A DNA stretch of 64,000 nucleotides from Bacteroidales bacterium (GTDB lineage: Bacteria > Bacteroidota > Bacteroidia > Bacteroidales > CAIWKO01), in contig JALOBU010000002.1 of the NCBI GenBank assembly GCA_023228145.1, positions 134,349 through 198,348 of the forward strand. Reading direction: 5' to 3'. How positions within the stretch are numbered: position 1 is the stretch's first letter; each line of letters begins with the position of its first letter. The notes beneath the pieces are model-generated. The model did not search any database, had not been told where the DNA came from, and saw only the letters and a program-made list of their open reading frames with translations. Below are positions 62,644-64,000 of this stretch, piece by piece. The position numbers were made by a program, and so were the translations under genes.

Positions 62644-62913
62644 TTACTTCCTGATTTTTAATTCTTTGATGATGTTTCTGTATCTGCTGATATCTTTTTC
62701 TTTCAGATAATCAAGCAGGCGCCTTCTTTTCCCGACAAGCAATACCAATGACCTGCGGGTAAAATCATCTTTCTTATTTGTTTTTAAATGTTCTGTAAGG
62801 TGCTGTATTCTTTTTGTAAAAAGTGCTATCTGCCCTTCAGACGTACCGGTATCAAACTCCGATTTGCCGTGTTTCTTAAAAATATTTTTCTTTGTTTCGC
62901 TTGTAAGATACAT
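62644..62913 (-). CDS. rpsO: 30S ribosomal protein S15
   Basis: 89 aa. GSTEGQIALFTKRIQHLTEHLKTNKKD...RRLLDYL. Confidence 0.96.
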   Translation of the reverse strand: MYLTSETKKNIFKKHGKSEFDTGTSEGQIALFTKRIQHLTEHLKTNKKDDFTRRSLVLLVGKRRRLLDYLKEKDISRYRNIIKELKIRK

Positions 62914-62999
62914 TTCGATATGCTATTTATTAAAAATGGAGTGCAAAGTTACAAATAATATTTTAACAAAAAACAATTTTATAAAATTTTATATTTTAA

Positions 63000-64000
63000 T
63001 CACTGAAAATTCAGTTGGCTGGTGTAAGGCCCGTTTATAAGTTCGTATCTTGTTAAATGATGTAGATTATAAGAAATTGTTTTAATATAACGGCAGGAAA
63101 AAATTCCCAAGCCATTAGAAATATTTGTATAAACCGGACGTTCCTGAATTATGGATGTGGAAGGTTTATTCAAATCCATGTAAATACTCAGATCATCTCC
63201 TCCCACTGAAATAATAAAGTCCATTTTACCAATAAAACGCGTTATATCATTATCAACGGGGATAACAGATTGAAGTTTACTGAAAAAATCAACTCCTCTG
63301 TAAGTTGTACTAAGGTCTTCACCACCTGTCAGCTTTTCCGATTTAACAGAACTTAGCCTCAAGTCAATATATTTATATACAGTATCTGTCGGGGTATTAT
63401 TATTCACTTCTTTAAAATGAAACCTAATTAAGGGTTCAAAAATTCGCCCGTTTTTTGCAGATTTCCACTTGGCTTCATATTCTCCATAACTACCGTCTGT
63501 GGTAACTAAACCAATCAGGGGGTTAACGGGGTTATATGCCGGTTGACTAACAGAAAAATCAGAAATCAGGTTGGTAGCAGAAGTAACCACATTCCCTGAT
63601 ATGTTATTTTGAATATGCAGGCGGAATGAATCCTGTGAGTTCATGGCAGGATTGGGAACAAATTTATAAACTTCCTGTGTTGGATAATAAAAAATACCAG
63701 TATCTTTGTTTTGTATCCATGTGCGCTCAAGAAAATACGCTCTGATGACATTACCGTTTGACACTTGTTCAACCTTTACGGTTAAATCATCGCCATAGGA
63801 ACTAAGTGTCGGATCCTGAGCCATAAGTATTGCACTTTCTTCTCCAAGAAATGCTTTTGTAATTTTAATATATTGTGCTGTATCTGCCTGATTTAACAAT
63901 CCATAAACAATGGTAATTTCTTTGGGTTCGGCATTTATATCAAAATCTGTTTTGCACGAATAACAAAAAAATAATGATAAACTTATAATCAATAAAAATG
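63000..64000 (-). CDS. Hypothetical lipoprotein (5-prime end probably beyond window)
   Basis: The ORF is open to the window edge. It has lipobox-like LSLFFCYSCKTD. The track TTG start at 63992 is probably internal to the signal peptide. Confidence 0.55.
   Translation of the reverse strand, partial: FLLIISLSLFFCYSCKTDFDINAEPKEITIVYGLLNQADTAQYIKITKAFLGEESAILMAQDPTLSSYGDDLTVKVEQVSNGNVIRAYFLERTWIQNKDTGIFYYPTQEVYKFVPNPAMNSQDSFRLHIQNNISGNVVTSATNLISDFSVSQPAYNPVNPLIGLVTTDGSYGEYEAKWKSAKNGRIFEPLIRFHFKEVNNNTPTDTVYKYIDLRLSSVKSEKLTGGEDLSTTYRGVDFFSKLQSVIPVDNDITRFIGKMDFIISVGGDDLSIYMDLNKPSTSIIQERPVYTNISNGLGIFSCRYIKTISYNLHHLTRYELINGPYTSQLNFQ

Overview
This 64-kb window looks like a chromosomal segment of a Bacteroidota genome. 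Supporting signs are type IX secretion C-terminal sorting domains, the tRNA(Thr-Tyr-Gly-Thr)-tuf-tRNA(Trp)-secE-nusG-rplKAJL-rpoBC block, an rpsU-xerC-hpf arrangement, TAnnTTTG-type -7 boxes and almost no Shine-Dalgarno sequences. About 90% of it is ordinary core metabolism and information processing: aspartate aminotransferase, rfaE-like kinase, ubiE, tricorn protease, SOD, phoH, purC, tdh-kbl, rpoBC, ribosomal proteins, tuf, sdhCAB, two M24B aminopeptidases, rpe, rpoD, pnp and rpsO. The non-ordinary part is a strongly AT-rich accessory island at about 3.1-8.4 kb. It holds two small minus-strand gene modules. Module 1 (3355-6516) encodes an 873-aa N6-adenine methyltransferase (GSYYTP / EPAVGSG / NPPY motifs plus a TaqI_C-like target-recognition part). 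Its ~315-aa N-terminal domain is unassigned, and it is followed after 6 nt by a 177-aa protein I cannot assign to any family. Module 2 (6831-7809) encodes a Cys-rich lipoprotein and a 72-aa PLDc_N-type membrane protein. The modules are separated and bounded by GC-rich hairpin elements with an AAC...stem...GTT layout. The ends of these elements form perfect 9-10 bp inverted repeats directly against each module, and a further copy of the family lies near rpsU. A separate 172-bp MITE-like palindrome sits just upstream of the aminotransferase gene. Other points worth a second look are listed here. A four-helix-bundle (23S-IVS/Avd-family) gene is inserted between sdhA and sdhB and flanked by 13-bp direct repeats. 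A three-gene minus-strand cluster encodes a T9SS type-B cargo protein, a collagen-repeat protein with an S74 chaperone domain (tail-fibre-like), and a protein with a divergent chorismate-mutase-like C-terminus. A truncated C1 peptidase gene lies at the window start. All functional calls come from motif recognition by eye. No database search was run, so family names are hypotheses with the stated confidence.
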